This document shows positions 41,724 to 51,825 of a DNA stretch of 64,000 nucleotides, piece by piece. Every line of letters starts with the position of its first letter. Position 1 is the first letter of the stretch. The stretch covers positions 40,883-104,882 of the forward strand of contig JBFLZG010000105.1 of assembly GCA_040756235.1 (NCBI GenBank), given 5' to 3'. A program made the translations under genes and the position numbers. The DNA comes from a bacterium (GTDB taxonomy: Bacteria > Desulfobacterota > DSWW01). Under the pieces are notes generated by a model. The model was not told the DNA's origin, ran no database searches, and saw only the letters and a program-made list of their open reading frames with translations.

Positions 41724-43096
41724 TCCGTGTTTCCTCCTAATGGACCAGCGATCAGCCGCTCCACCTCGGCGACCGCTTTGTGGAGCTCAGAAAGGGCTTC
41801 GATGTAGCGGGATCGCGCTTCGAAGAAAGTCCGCTGCGCATCCAGAGCCTCCAGGTAGTCGAACTTGCCCTGTCGAAATCCTTCGTTCACGGCGTCGAAC
41901 GCTTCCCGCGCGCCGGGCACGACCTCTTCCTGCAGACGGGTCACCCTTGCATGGGCCGCGGCAAGCCCCTGGTAGGCCAGAGCGAACGATTGCGACAGCC
42001 GCTGGACGGCAGCCCTCTTCTCCTCGTCGGCCTTGGACAGCCTGTACCGGGCCTCCAGCAGCGCCCCCTGATTGCGGTCGAAAATCGGAACGGGAACAGA
42101 GAAGCCGCCGACGAACGCCGTCTCCTCGCTTTCGTTCAGGCGGCGGACGCCTCCGCTCAAGGTCACGTCCGGGATCCGCCCGGCCTGCTCCAGCGCCACC
42201 GCGGCGAGGCGCTGCTCGACCTCTGCGCTCCAGCGCGCGACTTCAGGATTCCGGGAGACGCGGGCTGCGAGCTCCTCTGCGTCCGGCAGGGCCGCGGTTG
42301 CGAACAGATCTCCCTCCACCCTCTCGAATCGAGGGGACCGGCTGCTCCAGCTTGCTGCCAGGTTTGCCCGGGCAGCCTCCAGCTCGCGCTGCGCCGTCTC
42401 GAGCTCGATGCGCTGGGCTGCCAGGGCCACTCGGGCCCTCGTCTCCTCGATCGGCGAGACCCTCCCCGCCAGGACCCGTTCGGCTGCGGCATGGCGTACC
42501 TGTTCTGCCAGCCGGACCAGCTCCCGGTTCAATCGGACCCGTTCCTGGGCAGCCAGCATGTCCACAAAGGCCTTCGTCGTTTCGGCAAAGACGTCGATCC
42601 GCCGGCTCTCGAAATCCCAACCCGCCAGGTCCCGGTCCAGGGAAGCCAATTGCCTCCTCTTCGAGGGTTTGCCCGCCAGCTCCAGAAGCTGGCTGACCTG
42701 GACCGTGGATTCGGTCTCATCGAGCCCGCCCGATGCTCCGGTGCCGCCCCAATTCTCGATCTCGATCTCGATCTCGGGATTGGCCGGAAGCCCGTCCTGA
42801 AGGGCCCTGGCCTCCAGGGCACGCACCTCCCAGGAAAAGGCCCTCAGGCCCGGGTTGTGCATCAGGGCCAGGGACAGCGCCTGGCGGAGGCTCAGGATTC
42901 CTGTGGGCTCTTCCAGGTCCGGCGAGACCGCAGAGGCAGGGGCCGAAGGCTCGAGCGGCGGCCGATAGGCGGCATATCCCGCACCCAGAGGGAGGGGGGC
43001 CGGCCAGCCTGCATCTGTGGCGCGCCCGACGCATCCGCCGATGCTCACCGCAACCGCAAGGGAAGCTGCCAGAAAAAACCCGTCTCGTGTCGACAT
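41720..43096 (-). CDS. czcC: CzcC/TolC-family outer-membrane factor (lipoprotein)
   Basis: Lipobox IGGC; PANPE; SQLLELAGK; IFDRNQG; GKFDYLEALDAQR. Confidence 0.85.
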   Translation of the reverse strand: MSTRDGFFLAASLAVAVSIGGCVGRATDAGWPAPLPLGAGYAAYRPPLEPSAPASAVSPDLEEPTGILSLRQALSLALMHNPGLRAFSWEVRALEARALQDGLPANPEIEIEIENWGGTGASGGLDETESTVQVSQLLELAGKPSKRRQLASLDRDLAGWDFESRRIDVFAETTKAFVDMLAAQERVRLNRELVRLAEQVRHAAAERVLAGRVSPIEETRARVALAAQRIELETAQRELEAARANLAASWSSRSPRFERVEGDLFATAALPDAEELAARVSRNPEVARWSAEVEQRLAAVALEQAGRIPDVTLSGGVRRLNESEETAFVGGFSVPVPIFDRNQGALLEARYRLSKADEEKRAAVQRLSQSFALAYQGLAAAHARVTRLQEEVVPGAREAFDAVNEGFRQGKFDYLEALDAQRTFFEARSRYIEALSELHKAVAEVERLIAGPLGGNTE

Positions 43097-43237
43097 GGGA
43101 ACCTCGACCGCAAGGGGATGACGGACCCTGCCTGCCGGCCGGAGGAACGTTCCGCCAGGGCCCGGCGCAGCAACCCGGCGAGAGCTTGCAGAAGCCCCGA
43201 CCCCGGAGGGCCGAAGCAAAGCAGAGTGTAGGGTTTC

Positions 43238-43705
43238 TCAGATCAAGAGGACGACCGCGGAGAGCAGGGCGAGGCAGATTCCCTGCCCGCAGCAGTGAGA
43301 TGCGTGGGCCCGGAGAGAGGTGACCGCCTCCGGTTCCTCAGCGGGAATGCCAAGAGCTGCGGCGGGAGCGGCGGCCGGTGCGAAAGTCACGAAGGCCGGA
43401 AGGGGAGCGATCCCCTCGGACAGGATCGATATGGGTAGGTCCAGGCGACAACCACAGGGCGTATGAAAGTCGCGGTCTCCCGGTGCGGCAGCGACTTGAA
43501 AGGAGCTCTCCGAAGCGTTTGCTGCGCCAGGCAAGCCGCAGCAGTGCCCGGAAGAGCGCGGCTCGATCGCGATGTGGCCGTCGGAGCCGAAACAGACCAC
43601 GAGGCCCGCCATGTTGCCCATGGCCAGAGACAGACAAACGATCCCGGCAAGCATCGACCAGCGTTGCCTGACGATCGGCGTGGTGAGTGGAGATCTCATG
43701 AACAT
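43238..43705 (-). CDS. Cys/His-rich small protein upstream of czcC (CzcI-like position), C-terminal VVLLI
   Basis: GLVVCFGSDGHIAIE, HCC, CGC.D, HCC; start could be 43705 or 43699. Confidence 0.65.
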   Translation of the reverse strand: MFMRSPLTTPIVRQRWSMLAGIVCLSLAMGNMAGLVVCFGSDGHIAIEPRSSGHCCGLPGAANASESSFQVAAAPGDRDFHTPCGCRLDLPISILSEGIAPLPAFVTFAPAAAPAAALGIPAEEPEAVTSLRAHASHCCGQGICLALLSAVVLLI

Positions 43706-43939
43706 CCTAACAGCGCAGGTAGACCAGCGCCCCGATAGGTTACTTCATTGGTAGCAATTTGTTGGATGCAAAATCAACCGGTCTGGGTAGGGGCGTGCGG
43801 GCGTGCGCAAACCCGCACAGATAGGCAGCAGGCGTTCCGCTAATGCGTGAGAACCGGGCGTGCCGCGGTCGTCTCGCAGGCGCGCCGATGGCGGCGAAGT
43901 TATGCCGCAGACGGCCTCGGGCTATCAGCTCTCCTCCCC

Positions 43940-44011
43940 GAGCTTGTGGCTCACCGGTTGTCCACAACAGCTTTTGTGGATCATTTTATGGCAGAAATGA
44001 GCCACAAGCTC
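43940..44011. repeat. Nested inverted repeat (14-bp perfect outer, 7-bp inner)
   Basis: gagcttgtggctca/tgagccacaagctc encloses tccacaa-N6-ttgtgga. Confidence 0.7.
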
Positions 44012-44048
44012 CGTTCCTGCAAATATGTGCGCAGCAAATCGCCTCCCG

Positions 44049-44291
44049 CTACTCGACGATATTCAGCAGTCCCGGGAAGGCAAGAATTGCCGCACGGCGG
44101 CCACTTCCGGGCGCAAGAACGCGCAAGATTCCGCCCTGTTGCAGGACTCCGAGGAAACGCTTCGCAGTGGGGGCCGGAATTCCTGCCGAATCGACGAAGT
44201 CCGAGCTGCGAAAGATAGGCCTCCCAAAGATCCAGTCGAGGGCGCGAATCGCATGCTGCGAGCGGGTCATCTCGGGCACTCGGCGCTTCAT
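44049..44291 (-). pseudogene. Isolated C-terminal HTH-like part of a Fic-family protein
   Basis: AIRALDWIFGRPIFRSSDFV..IPAPTAKRFL..GSGRR..FPGLLNI resembles Fic C-termini (recognition from memory); no HPFxDGNGR domain present. Confidence 0.55.
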
Positions 44292-44479
44292 CTCCCCCAC
44301 TCCTCGTGGATTGCTCCGGAAGCCGACCGGTGGCCTTTGAACCTGATGGACGGTACGCAGGTATATGACGTTGCCGCCTATCTGTCAACGAAAGGGTCTG
44401 TCCCGCCGCATGGGGCTCGGGGACGACAGTTGAGCCGGGTTCTCAGGTCTTCTCTGGCGCAGCGGCCTAGATCAGGCAA

Positions 44480-46561
44480 TCATCTCTGTCGCAGCAGGCG
44501 CGAGGAGTTGGCGAGGATTCCGAGGTCGGGCAGCGATTGCGCCGCGGCGGCCAGGACGGGCGGCAGGAAGCCGAACGCGGCCAGCCCGAGCCCGACGACA
44601 TTGTACAGGGCCGTGAAGCCCAGATTCATCTTCACGACTCTCATGGTGGCCCGGGCCGTGCGCATCGCCTCCGGCACCAAGGTCCAATCCTCCCGCATGA
44701 GGGCTATGTGGGCGGCTTCGATCGCCACGTCCGCGGCCGCGCCCATGGCGATCCCGACGTCTGCGAGAGCCAGCGCGGGCGCGTCGTTCACACCGTCCCC
44801 GACCATGACCACGATGTGCTTTCGGGTCTGGTATTCCTTGACCACCGCGATCTTGTCCTCGGGCAGCAGGCCGGAACGATGGCGTACGCCGAGCCTCTCG
44901 GCCAGGGCGGCGGCCGTGCGCTCGTTGTCGCCGGTCAGCAGCTCGATCCGGCGCACGCCGAGGCTGCGCAACCGCTCCAGGGCCGCAGGCACCTCCGGCC
45001 GCAAGGTGTCGGCGGCGGCAAGGACCCCGGCGAGCGCGCCGTTGCACGCCACGAAGAGCAGCGTCTTGCCTTGGCGTTCCAGCTCTGCGGCCAGGGGTAC
45101 GGAGTCCGCCGCCGGGATCATGCGGCGGTTGCCCACCGCGACAGGCGTTCCGGAAACGTTTGCCCGCATCCCCAGACCGGGGAGGGCTTCGAATCCTTCC
45201 GGTGCAAACAGGGCGAGACCTTCCGTGCGCGCCGCGGCGCGCCCGGCCGCTGCCATCGGGTGCTCCGAGTAGCGTTCGGCGGAAGCGGCCAGCAACAGGA
45301 TGTCCCGGGCGGGGCGGCCATCGAGCGGGACGATGTCGGTGATTTCCGGTCGGCCGAGGGTGAGCGTCCCGGTCTTGTCGAGCAGCACCGTGTCGGCCTT
45401 GGCGAGCGCTTCGAGGTACTTGCCGCCCTTGATGAGCAGCCCCTTCCTGGCCCCTGCGCCGACCGAGGCGAGCATCGCGATCGGTGTGGCCAGGGCGATC
45501 GAGCAGGAGCAGGCCACGACCAGCACGGCGGCGGTCGACAGCGGGTCGCGGCTGAAGAGGAAGGTGAGCGCGGCGACCCCTGCCACGACCGGCAGGTAGT
45601 AGCCGCTGAACTTGTCCGCGAACCGCTGCACGTCGGAGCGGTGCATCTCGGCTTCTTCCACCATCTTGACCACGCGCCCGAAGGTCGTGTCCGGGCCGAT
45701 GCGTTCGACCCGCACGCGCAGGCTGCCCAGGCGCGCGATGGTCGCCGCGAAGACGTGCGCCCCGGCCGCAACCTCCACGGGCATCGATTCGCCCGTGATG
45801 GCGGACTGCTCGACCGTGGCTTGCCCGGCCGCCACTTCTCCGTCCACGGGAATCTTCTCCCCGGGACGGACGACAACGATTTCCCCGACGCGGACCTCGG
45901 TAACAGGGACCTCCTGCTCTGCCCCGCCGCGTTCGACCCGCGCCGACTGCGGGGCCATCGCAGTCAGGTCCCGGACGGCCCGGCGCGCGCTCGCCGTGGT
46001 GAACTTCTCGGCGTAGTCGCCCACGCGCATGAAGAACACGATCACCGCGGCCGTGGCCCACTGGCCGATCGCCAGCGCTGCCGCGACGCCCAGGGTCATC
46101 AGCGTGTGGGAGATGACCTTTCCCTTGCGCGCGGCGCGAACGACGCTGAGGAAGATGGGCCAGCCGCTCACGAGGACGAGAGCCAGTCCGGCGGTGAACG
46201 GCACGCGCTCCGTGAGGCTCTCGAACAGGCCGAGCCATTCCCCCACGACGACGATGAACAACACGCCGCCGAAGGCGACCGCCAGAAGCGTCGCGATGCG
46301 GCGCGTGAACTGGGCGAGCTCGGGCTCGTGCGCCGGAGCGGCCGGCTCGGAGACGCGGTAGCCCGCCCCCTCTATGGCCTTGCACAGGTCGGGGAAGGCG
46401 GCCAGTGAGGGATCCAGCCGCACGACGGCTTTCCCCGAGGAGAGATAGACGTCGACCGAGTCAACGCCGGGCAGCTCCGCGATGGCGTCCCGGACGTGCC
46501 GCGTGCATTCGGCACAGTCCATGCCCTCTATCGGAACTTCGACAGTCTCCAATCCGGCCAT
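44480..46561 (-). CDS. P1B-type heavy-metal ATPase with N-terminal HMA domain and atypical CSC motif
   Basis: GMDCAEC; TGES; ACSCSIALATP; DKTGT; SEHP; GDGVND. Confidence 0.9.
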   Translation of the reverse strand: MAGLETVEVPIEGMDCAECTRHVRDAIAELPGVDSVDVYLSSGKAVVRLDPSLAAFPDLCKAIEGAGYRVSEPAAPAHEPELAQFTRRIATLLAVAFGGVLFIVVVGEWLGLFESLTERVPFTAGLALVLVSGWPIFLSVVRAARKGKVISHTLMTLGVAAALAIGQWATAAVIVFFMRVGDYAEKFTTASARRAVRDLTAMAPQSARVERGGAEQEVPVTEVRVGEIVVVRPGEKIPVDGEVAAGQATVEQSAITGESMPVEVAAGAHVFAATIARLGSLRVRVERIGPDTTFGRVVKMVEEAEMHRSDVQRFADKFSGYYLPVVAGVAALTFLFSRDPLSTAAVLVVACSCSIALATPIAMLASVGAGARKGLLIKGGKYLEALAKADTVLLDKTGTLTLGRPEITDIVPLDGRPARDILLLAASAERYSEHPMAAAGRAAARTEGLALFAPEGFEALPGLGMRANVSGTPVAVGNRRMIPAADSVPLAAELERQGKTLLFVACNGALAGVLAAADTLRPEVPAALERLRSLGVRRIELLTGDNERTAAALAERLGVRHRSGLLPEDKIAVVKEYQTRKHIVVMVGDGVNDAPALALADVGIAMGAAADVAIEAAHIALMREDWTLVPEAMRTARATMRVVKMNLGFTALYNVVGLGLAAFGFLPPVLAAAAQSLPDLGILANSSRLLRQR

Positions 46562-46592
46562 TGCCTTCGCTTCTCTTCCGTTCCTTTCCTTC

Positions 46593-46704
46593 CGTCACCC
46601 CGGCGAAAGCCGGGGTCCAGTCCCTGCACCCGGTACTTACAGCGTCGTGATGCACCCTCCTGGATCCCGGCTCAGACGCGCTCCGCGGCGGCGCCGGGAT
46701 GACG
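46593..46704. repeat. Intact GTCA-type REP doublet
   Basis: cgtcaccccggcgaaagccggggtccag ... ctggatcccggc..gccgggatgacg. Confidence 0.85.
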
Positions 46705-46736
46705 GAATGGCGCCATACATTGCCTGATTCCCGCGA

Positions 46737-47207
46737 TCAGCGGGCCGGCGCGCTCTCCAGCGTGATCCCTTTCGCCTGCATTTCCTTGATGTACTTCTCG
46801 GGGTTCTCCTTGAACGCGGGGATGCAGCCGGCGCAGCAGAAGTAGACGCGCTTGCCGTCGTGGTCCGCGAACACCGAGCGGTCCACCGGAGCGCCGAGGA
46901 TCGGACACAGCTCCTGGCGCCCGGAGGCGGCGGCCGGCGCCTCGGTCGCGCCCGCAAGATGCGTCATGGGCTGCTGCGGTTGTGTGGCCGCGTGCTGGCC
47001 GGCTTGCGGTTGATGATTCATTCCCTGATGAGCCGTTGCCGGGTGGTTCACCCCTTGCTCATGGGAGCCCGAGCAGCACCCGGATGCCAGCACCAAAGGC
47101 CGTCCGACTTCGCCGCTGCCCTCCGCCTTCGCGTCTGAGACCGCGATCAGGCTTCCGATCAATGCCATCGCAAAGATCGCCGCAACCGTCTTCCTTGTTC
47201 TGAACAC
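46737..47207 (-). CDS. Exported His-rich YHS-domain protein
   Basis: RBS GGAGG, GTG start; signal peptide; CC, His/Gln-rich linker; CPILG..GKRVYFCCAGC..F.ENPEKY. Confidence 0.82.
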   Translation of the reverse strand: MFRTRKTVAAIFAMALIGSLIAVSDAKAEGSGEVGRPLVLASGCCSGSHEQGVNHPATAHQGMNHQPQAGQHAATQPQQPMTHLAGATEAPAAASGRQELCPILGAPVDRSVFADHDGKRVYFCCAGCIPAFKENPEKYIKEMQAKGITLESAPAR

Positions 47208-47311
47208 AGCGCATCCTCCCAGTAGTTCCGATGGAAGCCTCTGAATGCAGCGCCGCTCCCTGACCTTGCATGCGAAGCGGCGCTCACTCCGTTTGTTCGC
47301 ACCTCAGCTCT

Positions 47312-47662
47312 TTAGACGTGAGCCTTTGCCGGTCCGGTCCAGCGGCGGGGGGTCGTGTTTCCCGTGCTGCCGTGCTTGTTCAGGTACTTCTCCGGTTCGC
47401 CCAGGAAGGGCTTCTCGCAATGGGCGCAGCACAGGTAGACCTTGTGACCGCCGTGAGTGACGAACTCCGACTTGTCCACGACCATGCCCGTGACGGGGCA
47501 ACGCACGACGACCGGTGAAGGCAGGGCCTTCTCGATCTCCACGGATTCGACTCTCTGTTTCAGCATCTGCGGAGTATCCACCTTTGCCGCGGCCGTGATC
47601 GGCACCGCCAGCACTCCGGTCAGGAGCATGGATACGACCGAGCTTACGAGTCTGGTTTTCAT
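47312..47662 (-). CDS. Exported YHS-domain protein
   Basis: Signal peptide; CPVTG..HKVYLCCAHC..F..EPEKY. Confidence 0.78.
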   Translation of the reverse strand: MKTRLVSSVVSMLLTGVLAVPITAAAKVDTPQMLKQRVESVEIEKALPSPVVVRCPVTGMVVDKSEFVTHGGHKVYLCCAHCEKPFLGEPEKYLNKHGSTGNTTPRRWTGPAKAHV

Positions 47663-47720
47663 TGCCTTTCTCCCTCTGTACGGTTTTCTGGGCCTTTGAC
47701 AACGGACGCCAGAAAGGGAG

Positions 47721-47858
47721 TGCATTCTGAGTGCCAGACCGTCCTCATCCGGTTTCCGCAGCATTTGCCGGAGCTTGCGAGCCGGGGTCGGGCAGCGGCC
47801 CGGCTCGCGGCACTACATTTGCAGAATACTCCACAGCCGGGCTGCCGAATATTCTGCA
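47721..47858 (-). promoter_or_regulatory. sigma54 promoter with tandem palindromic upstream sites
   Basis: Minus strand TGGCAC-TCAGA-ATGCA (47736-47721); TGCAGAATACTCCACA (47820) and TGCCGAATATTCTGCA (47843), the latter identical to 36425-36440. Confidence 0.72.
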
Positions 47859-48028
47859 GTACGGGAAGGTGCATGCATGATCTGGATGACCAGTACTGTG
47901 AGGGCGAATCTTTCGCCCTACAAGGTCATGGACCCCGGGAGGGGCGCAGCAATCGGCGCCCCTACAGAGCCTCGTGCGACCATAGGCCGGAATCGAAACA
48001 ACGCGGCTGCCGGAACCTCGGCTCTTTC

Positions 48029-48128
48029 CGTCACCCCGGCGAAGGCCGGGGTCCAGTCCCTGCTCACGGGGAATTCAGGCTCCTGGATCCCGGCTTACAC
48101 GCGCTTCGCCCATGGGCCGGGATGACGG
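48029..48128. repeat. Intact GTCA-type REP doublet
   Basis: cgtcaccccggcgaaggccggggtccag ... ctggatcccggc..ggccgggatgacg. Confidence 0.85.
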
Positions 48129-48181
48129 AGTGATGGACTCGCGGCCGGAAGCCGGCTCGTTCCGGTCATGGTGCCCCCGGG

Positions 48182-49096
48182 TCAGAACCACACGTCCGGC
48201 TCATGAAAATCCGCCGGCTCGAGCTGAATGGTCATGTGGCAGATCCCGAAGCGATCGCAGAGCGTGTCCCGGATCTTCCTCAGGAGGACCTGGTGGGATT
48301 GCCCGCCGTCGACCACGATGTGTGCCGACAACGACTCCATCCCGCTCGAGATCGTCCAGATGTGCAGGTCGCAGACGTCCGTGACGCCGGGAGTCGCGAT
48401 GATCGCGTTCTTCACCTCGTCGACGTCGATGTGGACCGGGACGCCTTCCATGAGGACGGCCACCGATTCCTTGAGCAGGCCCCATGACGAGTAGACCACG
48501 AGCGCGCCGATCAGCAGAGAGGCCAGCGGGTCGGCCCAGCTCCAGCCGAACCCCAGGATCAGGGCACCCGCGATGATGGCCTGCAGGCTGCCGAAGGCAT
48601 CGGTCAGAACGTGCAGCCAGACGCCGCGGACGTTCAGGCTGCCCTGCCTCCCGCCTTTCAGGATCCAGAGGCTGACGAGATTGATGACGAGCCCTCCGGC
48701 CGCGATCGCCATCATGAGAGTGCCCCGCACCTCCGGAGGGTGCCGGAGCCGCTGATAGGCCTCCACGAAGATCAGAATGGACACGGCGATCAGGGCCGCG
48801 CCGTTTGCCAGGGCCGCCAGGATCTCGGTCCGATAAAAGCCGTAGGTGTGCCTCACGGTCGGAGGCCTTCGGGCGAACCAGACGGCAAACAGGGCAAGCC
48901 CCAGCGCGGCCACGTCCGAGAGCATGTGCCCGGCGTCCGCCAGCAGGGCCAGCGAGTTCGCCAGGACCCCGCCCACGACCTCGGCGACCATGTACCCTGC
49001 GGAGAGCAGGAGCGTCGCGGTCAGCCGTTTGCGGTTGGTCTCACGTTCGGACTCGGTCTGGGGACGGGGATGCGGGTGCGGGTGCGTTCCTGCCAT
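48182..49096 (-). CDS. czcD: Cation diffusion facilitator (CzcD/ZitB-like)
   Basis: SLALLADAGHMLSD, TYGFYRTE, HVLTD, DLHIW. Confidence 0.9.
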   Translation of the reverse strand: MAGTHPHPHPRPQTESERETNRKRLTATLLLSAGYMVAEVVGGVLANSLALLADAGHMLSDVAALGLALFAVWFARRPPTVRHTYGFYRTEILAALANGAALIAVSILIFVEAYQRLRHPPEVRGTLMMAIAAGGLVINLVSLWILKGGRQGSLNVRGVWLHVLTDAFGSLQAIIAGALILGFGWSWADPLASLLIGALVVYSSWGLLKESVAVLMEGVPVHIDVDEVKNAIIATPGVTDVCDLHIWTISSGMESLSAHIVVDGGQSHQVLLRKIRDTLCDRFGICHMTIQLEPADFHEPDVWF

Positions 49097-49301
49097 GCAG
49101 CGGTTTCCCGAGTCGGACTTCTTCAGAGCCTGTCCAAGAAACTCGATCTTGAGGATGCTCAGAGGCTGTTCAATTTTCTATTATAACTCTTGTAAGGCAC
49201 AATGGGAGCACAAGTGCACCTTTTTTCATTTTGCCGGTTTCTATTCCCCAACGGAGGCATTCCTCTCAGGTATCCGGTATCCGGGCAGGAGGGTCATCGT
49301 C

Positions 49302-49700
49302 ATGGCTCGTTACGGGATGGCAGTCACCGTGCAGGGCTCCATGAAAGAGGTCAGAGGCAAAGTAGCCGAGGCGCTGAAGGCCCAGGGATTCGGCATTCTC
49401 ACCGAAATCGACGTGCAGAAGGCGCTCAAGGAGAAGATCGGGGTGGATTTCGAGCCTTACCTGATCTTGGGCGCGTGCAGTCCGGGCCTGGCCCATCAGG
49501 CGCTCACGGCAGACCGATCGATCGGTCTGCTGCTCCCCTGCAACGTCGTGCTGCGAGACACCGGGGAGGCCGTGGAAGTGAGCATTCTCGACCCGGAGGC
49601 GATGTTCGAGATGGTCGAGCCCGAGGCCAGGTCGGCGCTGGCCGGCCTGCCCGCAGAAGCCAAGAGCCGGTTGCGCAAGGCTCTGGCCGCCCTGAAGTAG
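49302..49700 (+). CDS. DUF302 family protein
   Basis: GFGILTEIDV, YLILGACSP, IGLLLPCNVV. Confidence 0.88.
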   Translation: MARYGMAVTVQGSMKEVRGKVAEALKAQGFGILTEIDVQKALKEKIGVDFEPYLILGACSPGLAHQALTADRSIGLLLPCNVVLRDTGEAVEVSILDPEAMFEMVEPEARSALAGLPAEAKSRLRKALAALK

Positions 49701-49702
49701 AA

Positions 49703-50704
49703 TCAGGGATTCAGGAAGCGCTCCACGAGCTGCCTCGAGATGAGCGGCGCGTTCCCGCCCGCGCGGTTGTTGACGATCACGTTGATGCGGATCTTGCGTT
49801 GCACGGCTTTTTGCATCAGGGCCGCGGCGTCCTCGATCATGCGCGGGTCGAGCATGCCATCCACGATGGCGTTGAAAGGGTGAGCGCGGGCGTAGGCCTC
49901 CTCATAGCGCACGTTGCGCGGCGTCATGAGCCGCAGGACGCACTGGTTTCCCGCGTTGAAGAACTCGCGTCCCGCCAGCGAAAACTGGCGCCGCAGCGAC
50001 GGGAGCCAGGTCCAGTGGGACAGCACCTGGCCCACCCCGTGCTCCCGGAACACCGAGAACACCGGCTCGACCAGCAGCGTGTCCGTGCGCAGCTCGAAAT
50101 GGTAGCGGCTGTCCTTCGGGATCTTGCGGAAGAACGCGTCCAGGGACTCGGCCATCCGCTCCGGCTCGATGCGCCCCTCCCTGCGCTGGTACTCCTGCTC
50201 GAACACGAACCCGCCGAGCAGAGGTCCCAGCAGCTCGACCGCGGGCTCGTAGAACTGCCGCGTGAAACAGTCGGCGCTGAGGTATTCCGGATTCTCCGCG
50301 TACCGGCCTGCCTGCCACATCTTCTGGGCGCAGACGGTCTGGGGCACCTTGAGGATCAGCGCATCCCCGTCGCGCATGTGCTGCCGGTACGATTGGATGA
50401 CCCGGTGGTTGGTCGTGGGCTTTCCGTCTTTCTCCAGCAGGGGCCGATAGAAGGTGAAGTCGATCTCGAGGATCCGGAAGTGCCGGAAGAACTCCTCCGC
50501 GGATTCGACCGGCAGGACCTCCTCCACGAACGATTTGTCCCCCAGGGTCCTGGACCTGCGCGTGATCCTGCCCCGGTAGCGGCCCTCGGAATAGATCTGG
50601 CCGATCCATCCGACGTAGCGGTCGCTGGCCGTCCCGATGGACACGTCCGGGTGGAGCCCCCGGAAGAGGAAATGCTCCGGGTCGAGGATTTCGGTTTCCG
50701 CCAT
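49703..50704 (-). CDS. DUF72 family protein
   Basis: IGTAS..Y.GW, LEIDFTFY, LKVP, FELR, VNNRAGGNAP. Confidence 0.8.
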   Translation of the reverse strand: MAETEILDPEHFLFRGLHPDVSIGTASDRYVGWIGQIYSEGRYRGRITRRSRTLGDKSFVEEVLPVESAEEFFRHFRILEIDFTFYRPLLEKDGKPTTNHRVIQSYRQHMRDGDALILKVPQTVCAQKMWQAGRYAENPEYLSADCFTRQFYEPAVELLGPLLGGFVFEQEYQRREGRIEPERMAESLDAFFRKIPKDSRYHFELRTDTLLVEPVFSVFREHGVGQVLSHWTWLPSLRRQFSLAGREFFNAGNQCVLRLMTPRNVRYEEAYARAHPFNAIVDGMLDPRMIEDAAALMQKAVQRKIRINVIVNNRAGGNAPLISRQLVERFLNP

Positions 50705-50814
50705 CGACGTCGCCTTCGTAGGAGCGACCGGCCGTGCTACGCGATGATCGACCTGCCGCCCTGGGTTCCCCTGCCGCCGGACGCAAAAGCCCCCCCGAAG
50801 AATATCCAAAAGAC

Positions 50815-50984
50815 GCAGGCCGTTCAAAAAGGTCCAGATGCAAGGCGCGCGACGTTTGAGGCCTGTTCCGAGGAGCGCCAAGAGGAACCCCCGGATTACC
50901 TGACCGCCACGGTATCTGTTTCTGGGGGATTGCTTCGCTTCGCTCGCAACAGGCGCAGCAGATGGGCCTTTTTCAACGGCCTGC
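50815..50984. mobile_element. 170-bp MITE-like element with 22-bp terminal inverted repeats
   Basis: GCAGGCCGTTCAAAAAGGTCCA / TGGGCCTTTTTCAACGGCCTGC (2 mismatches). Confidence 0.7.
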
Positions 50985-51587
50985 CGCGGCGGCGCACTCC
51001 CTGCAGAGCCTCCGACCGCCGACCGCTTCGAGCCGGGTCTCCATCGTGGGCTCGGCGCAGCGGTCGCAGGGGACCGAGGCGTGAATCCGCGCCTGGGGCG
51101 GCGTCGGAATCGCGACCGGCCGCACCGTGAACAGCTCCTCTGCAGGCCTTTCCAGGATGGCGTGGCTGCGCTTTCGGTGAAGCTCGGCCAGCTCCTGCGC
51201 CTCCTCTGCGGTCAGCTCACCCTTCTGCCGCTTGCGCACGAGCTCGGCATGCCGCTCGCTCCTCGGCGTGCGGTCCGGCTTCAAGGCGACCCGGACCGCT
51301 TTGCCGGACTTCCTGGCCACAAAGGTAAAGACCTGCTTCCCGTGGTCCCGGAACAGCAGGTTCCCCTTGCCGAAGGTGCATCCGGTCAGGACCTGGACCG
51401 CATCGCAGCCGCAAGCGTCGTTCTCCACGATCGCGACGAGCTCCTCGTCGCGCGCGCGGTTCTCTTCCAGCCAGTCCAGCCCGGCGCGGGCGGCCCGGAA
51501 CCCGATGCACAGCCCCGGGCACAGGTGGCCGTGGAACTCGAGACATCTCTTGAATGCCGCCGTTCCGACGATCTCTTCTCCGGTCAT
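50973..51587 (-). CDS. FmdE family protein with C-terminal zinc finger
   Basis: FHGHLCPGL.IG.R, ENDACGCDAVQVLTGCTFGKGNL, CDRC..CREC. Confidence 0.9.
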   Translation of the reverse strand: MTGEEIVGTAAFKRCLEFHGHLCPGLCIGFRAARAGLDWLEENRARDEELVAIVENDACGCDAVQVLTGCTFGKGNLLFRDHGKQVFTFVARKSGKAVRVALKPDRTPRSERHAELVRKRQKGELTAEEAQELAELHRKRSHAILERPAEELFTVRPVAIPTPPQARIHASVPCDRCAEPTMETRLEAVGGRRLCRECAAAAGR

Positions 51588-51612
51588 GGTCTCTCGCTCC
51601 TCGGATTCATTC

Positions 51613-51825
51613 GTAGGGGCGACCGGCGGTCGCCCGGACAGCCCGCAGGGCAGGTTTGAACCTGCCCCTACAGTCCTGCGGAACATCGCTCTTTCCGTCA
51701 TTCCGGCGCGAGCCGGAATCCAGCCCCTGGACCCGTGATTGCCGGTGTACTTGGGTGCAAACTTCTGGATCCCGGTCATCACGCGCTCCGCACCTGGGCC
51801 GGGATGACGGATATGACACAGCCTC
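51613..51825. repeat. GTAG-type REP doublet followed by GTCA-type REP doublet ending in a MITE TIR
   Basis: gtaggggcgacc..gtcgccc / gggcagg..cctgcccctac (51613-51671); gtcattccggc..gccgggatgac..atgacacagcctc (51697-51825). Confidence 0.75.

Noticed and set aside
43958..43983. DnaA-box-like TTGTCCACA / TGTGGATCA as a replication origin
   Set aside because: Only two imperfect boxes, explained by an inverted repeat; no dnaA/rep gene or extended AT-rich unwinding region.
44334..44363. CCTTTGAACCTGAT resembling the TPP riboswitch core
   Set aside because: No upstream CTGAGA element or P1-P3 arrangement, and no plus-strand thiamine gene downstream.
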